A stretch of DNA of 54,466 nt, the filler included, from Diploschistes diacapsis (lineage: Eukaryota), in the NCBI GenBank assembly GCA_023645945.1. It is 4 parts of 4 records of this genome, joined end to end, with 100 filler letters (N's around TTAATTAATTAA, not from the genome) between each part and the next. Parts side by side here need not be neighbours in the genome. Positions count along the whole stretch, not along the records: positions 40,935 to 54,466 come from JALAIB010000650.1; 3 more parts are not named here. One strand, given 5' to 3'. Both the position numbers and the translations under genes were made by a program. Within the stretch, counting starts at the first letter, position 1. Each line of letters begins with the position of its first letter. The notes under the pieces were generated by a model. The model was given only the letters and a program-made list of their open reading frames with translations. It did no database searches and was not told where the DNA came from. Below, one piece after another: positions 51,049 through 54,466 of this stretch.

Positions 51049-54000
51049 ATGGCATCCATCAAGCCCATAGAGGGTACCTCCGTATGAAACGTTGTGCATC
51101 CTGACGGTCAGCTCATTGATTGACATGGAGCTAGGTCCATCGGATCCAATCCGGCCAAGTTATTGTCGATCTGTGTTCCGCAGTCAAGGAGCTGGTCGAA
51201 AACAGCTTGGATGCTGGTGCCACATCGATAGGTGGGTAATTCTACATCATTAGAAACGTTCTGTGTGAGGGAAGTGACCGCCTGCAGATGTTCGGTTCAG
51301 GAACCACGGCCTTGACGCCATCGAGGTGCAGGACAACGGATCCGGCATAGCAAAGGAGGATCACGAGTCCATCGGTCAGTTCCTACTTGCAACTTATAGA
51401 CACCACATCGGGCTATACCGACGGAATTGCAGCTTTGAAGCACTATACGTCCAAACTCAAGAGCTACGAGGATCTCGAGACTCTCGATACGTTCGGCTTC
51501 CGGGGCGAAGCGCTATCTTCGCTCTGTGCACTTTCCAACGTGCACGTCACGACAGCCCGTGAGAACGAGGCTCCAAAAGGCACGCGGCTGGACTTTGAGT
51601 TATCGGGCAAGCTCAAGGGCACGTCTGTCGTTGCCGCCCAAAGAGGGACTACTGTTTTTGTTGAGACCATCTTCAAGAACATTCCCGTGAGGCGCCAGGA
51701 GCTGGGCAGAAACATCAAACGTGAGTATGGCAAAGTTCTTGCGCTATTGCAGGCGTATGCGTGTATTAGCACTGGGGTCCGGTTCTCTGTGAGCAACACG
51801 ATGGCAAAGAAGAAGATGAACGTCTTCTCGACAAAGGGCAACAAGTCCACGAGAGAGAACATTGCCAACGTCTATTCGGCTAAAGCGCTTGCCTCACTCG
51901 TTCCGTTGGATCTTGAGTTTGAGATGCACGCAACCTCTTCACTTCGTGGCTCGGAAAACGATCAGTAAGTCCCAAATAAATTTCTTTAGGAACATGCTTT
52001 GACAGCTTTGCAGCCAGGTCAAGATCGTCGGGCATGTCTCTAGGCCTGTGGTAGGTGGGGGCCGACCGCTCCCAGACCGCCAGATGTTCTTCGTCAATTC
52101 CCGGCCATGTTCATTACCACAAGTTTCTAAAGTCTTCAATGAAGTCTACAAGTCGTACAATCTATCTCAATCCCCTTTTGTCTTCGCCAATCTACTTCTT
52201 GACACCCGTATGTGGTCCTTGCGGTGCCGAAGCCTTCCCTCACCCCCCTGACCAGTGCAGATGCCTATGATGTCAATGTATCCCCCGACAAAAGAACCAT
52301 CCTGCTCCATGATCAAGGGGCTGTGCTCGAAGCAATAAAGGTGATTTGTTGCCAGAATGATGCAGAACGTGCTAAAGTTGGACAGACCAACCTTGGTTGC
52401 CTATTCGAGGCGCAACAGCAGACAGTTCCACAGTCAGAGAGAAAGGACGTAAAACTACCCTCTTACAAACCCCTGACGATCAGCAGGCAGCCTACCCGAC
52501 AGGATGAGCAGGAAGCAGGCTCCGCGGCGGATGATGGTAACGTAGAGGAACCTAAAGCTCAAGAAGGTCCTCGGTCTTCCTCTGCCCAGTTGAACCTTAT
52601 ATCGCGTTTTGCAGAACAAAACACTCGAAACAGATTAACGGAGACTAGGCTAGGACAGCCGGCTCTTGAGAAACAGAAGCTTGTTCAAGAAGTAAGAACT
52701 GGGACCGATGGCGAAGATGAGATTGGTAGAGACCGCGGCAATGATCTAGTATTGCCCGCTCGGGGCGTACCACCGTCCGAAGGTACTGAGCTTGAAAGTG
52801 GCGAAATCGAGCTACCCCTTGTTGTGCACCAAGCATCAGCCAAAGATATCGAGCCAGATGCGGTATCAGACAAGATCACAAAGTCCGATGAGCAGATACC
52901 GTCAGTCTCAACCTCTCCTATGAAGCCGAAGCCCGGGGCAGTACCGAATGCATTCGAACGTATGCGGCCGCTGCGTATGCCGGCTCAACAAGCTACTATT
53001 ACTATCGGCAACAAGATAATGACTACCACCATTGGCTCCGAGCCTTCATGTCCTAGACGAACCTCTTCGAGAAGAAAGGTCAAAAAGGGGAAGCTTAGCC
53101 AGTTTGCTAGCTCTTTGAGATCGTTCGCAGCGCCAGGTACCCAAAGGGGTAGGGAGAGTAGTGATGGAGGAGGAGGAGGAGAGGAAGAAGAGGAAGAAGA
53201 GAGCATGTCAGAAATTTCAGATCCTGTAGCTGTCAATCAAGACACGTGGAAGTCTGAGCAGGAGGGTGAGGAGGGTGAGGAGGAAGGTGAGGAGGAGGAG
53301 GAGGAGGCGGAGGAGGAGGAAAAGGGGGAGAAGGTGGTGACTAGTGACGAAACTGAGGACGAAGAGGATGACGATGTGCTTTCGGGCCGACGGGGGAAAA
53401 AGCAAGAGCATGAAGTAGTGGATGTAGAATCAGTCGGGTCTGATGGCGAGTATCTAGACGAGGAAACCAAGAAGAAATGGGAAGATGCCCGTGTCGCAAG
53501 GCTCATCCAAGAAGCAGAAGAGAAAGCCGCTCGTGTATCCCGATCAAGCGTCCAAAGAGCTCAGAAGCTGCTGAAGGGTGCCCACAAAGACTCGACAACC
53601 AAGCTCGTACAAAGCACCTCCACCTCCATCTCTAGCATCTCTCGTCAAGTTCAAACTCTCAACGCCCCAACGTCTTCCCTCAACCATCTTTCCACGGCCA
53701 ACTATGCAGGCACAGGAGAGACGACAACCTCCGCCGAAGAGCGCCTCTCCCTGACAGTTTCCAAGTCCGACTTTGGCCGCATGCACATCGTCGGGCAATT
53801 CAATTTCGGCTTCATCCTCGCCGTTCGCCCTTACTCCATAAACACTTCCTCCTCTTCCACGAGCAATGACCCCTCTGCCGCAACTGAAGACGACCTCTTC
53901 ATAATCGACCAGCATGCCTCCGACGAGAAGTTCAACTTCGAGCGCCTGTCCTCCACCACCACCCTACAAAACCAACGTCTCGTCCACCCGCAGACCCTCA

Positions 54001-54466
54001 ACCTAACAGCCATAGAAGAAGAAATAATTGCCGACAACCAAGCTGCCCTCCTCGCAAACGGCTTCCTCGTCTCCATCGACCCCTCGCACGACACGCCGGT
54101 GGGAAGGAGATGCACGCTCCTCTCGCTCCCCACATCCCGCGAAGCCACCTTCGACACCAGAGATCTGGAAGAACTCCTCGCCCTGCTCTCCGACACACCG
54201 TCCGCCTCCATCTCTACCTCCACCTCGGCCTCCGCGTCCCTCCACCACCAGCCTCGCAACGTCACCAGCGTCCCGAGACCGAGCAAAGTCCGGAAGCTGC
54301 TCGCGATGCGGGCGTGCAGAAGCAGCATAATGATCGGTCGGCCCCTGTCGACTAGGCAGATGGAAAGAGTGGTGCGGAGCATGGGCCAGATTGACAAGCC
54401 GTGGAACTGTCCGCACGGGAGACCGACCATGCGGCATCTGGTGGGATTGGGGGGTTGGGGTGGCTG
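51049..54466 (+). CDS. pms1: DNA mismatch repair MutL homologue Pms1 (PMS2 orthologue); multi-exon, last few codons cut off by the window end
   Basis: [92 protein letters not shown], endonuclease motif [39 protein letters not shown]. Confidence 0.95.

Noticed and set aside
47951..54466. Functional link between the RT element and neighbouring pms1 or areB
   Set aside because: Adjacency alone; the RT is decayed and nothing in the sequence indicates co-regulation.

Overview
Filamentous ascomycete DNA with short GT-AG introns and CTRAC/CTAAT branch points; probably Eurotiomycetes (inference from protein similarity). The window is not one locus. It is four contigs of 13555, 13545, 13534 and 13532 nt joined by artificial 100-nt N44-TTAATTAATTAA-N44 spacers. 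Contig 1: a McrA-like Zn2Cys6 transcription factor with a long gene-free upstream region. Contig 2: decayed S28 peptidase and CorA-like genes, then Ytp1-like, rhomboid Rbd2 and Ubp8. Contig 3: Vms1, Prp38, a GT-fold protein, an arabinitol-dehydrogenase-like SDR, Sho1, a pogo/Fot1-type MITE, an NAD-dependent epimerase and a 5'-truncated Gcs1 ArfGAP. Contig 4: the GATA factor AreB/Asd4, a frameshifted hypothetical gene, a decayed Tad1-like LINE and Pms1 (cut at the window end). The most unusual feature is the LINE. Its reverse-transcriptase ORF is interrupted by two apparent spliceosomal introns, and a gag zinc-knuckle fragment abuts it in inverted orientation. Also notable is a probable ACG start codon and alternative first-exon structure in areB. 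All identifications come from reading motifs by eye; no database searches were run.
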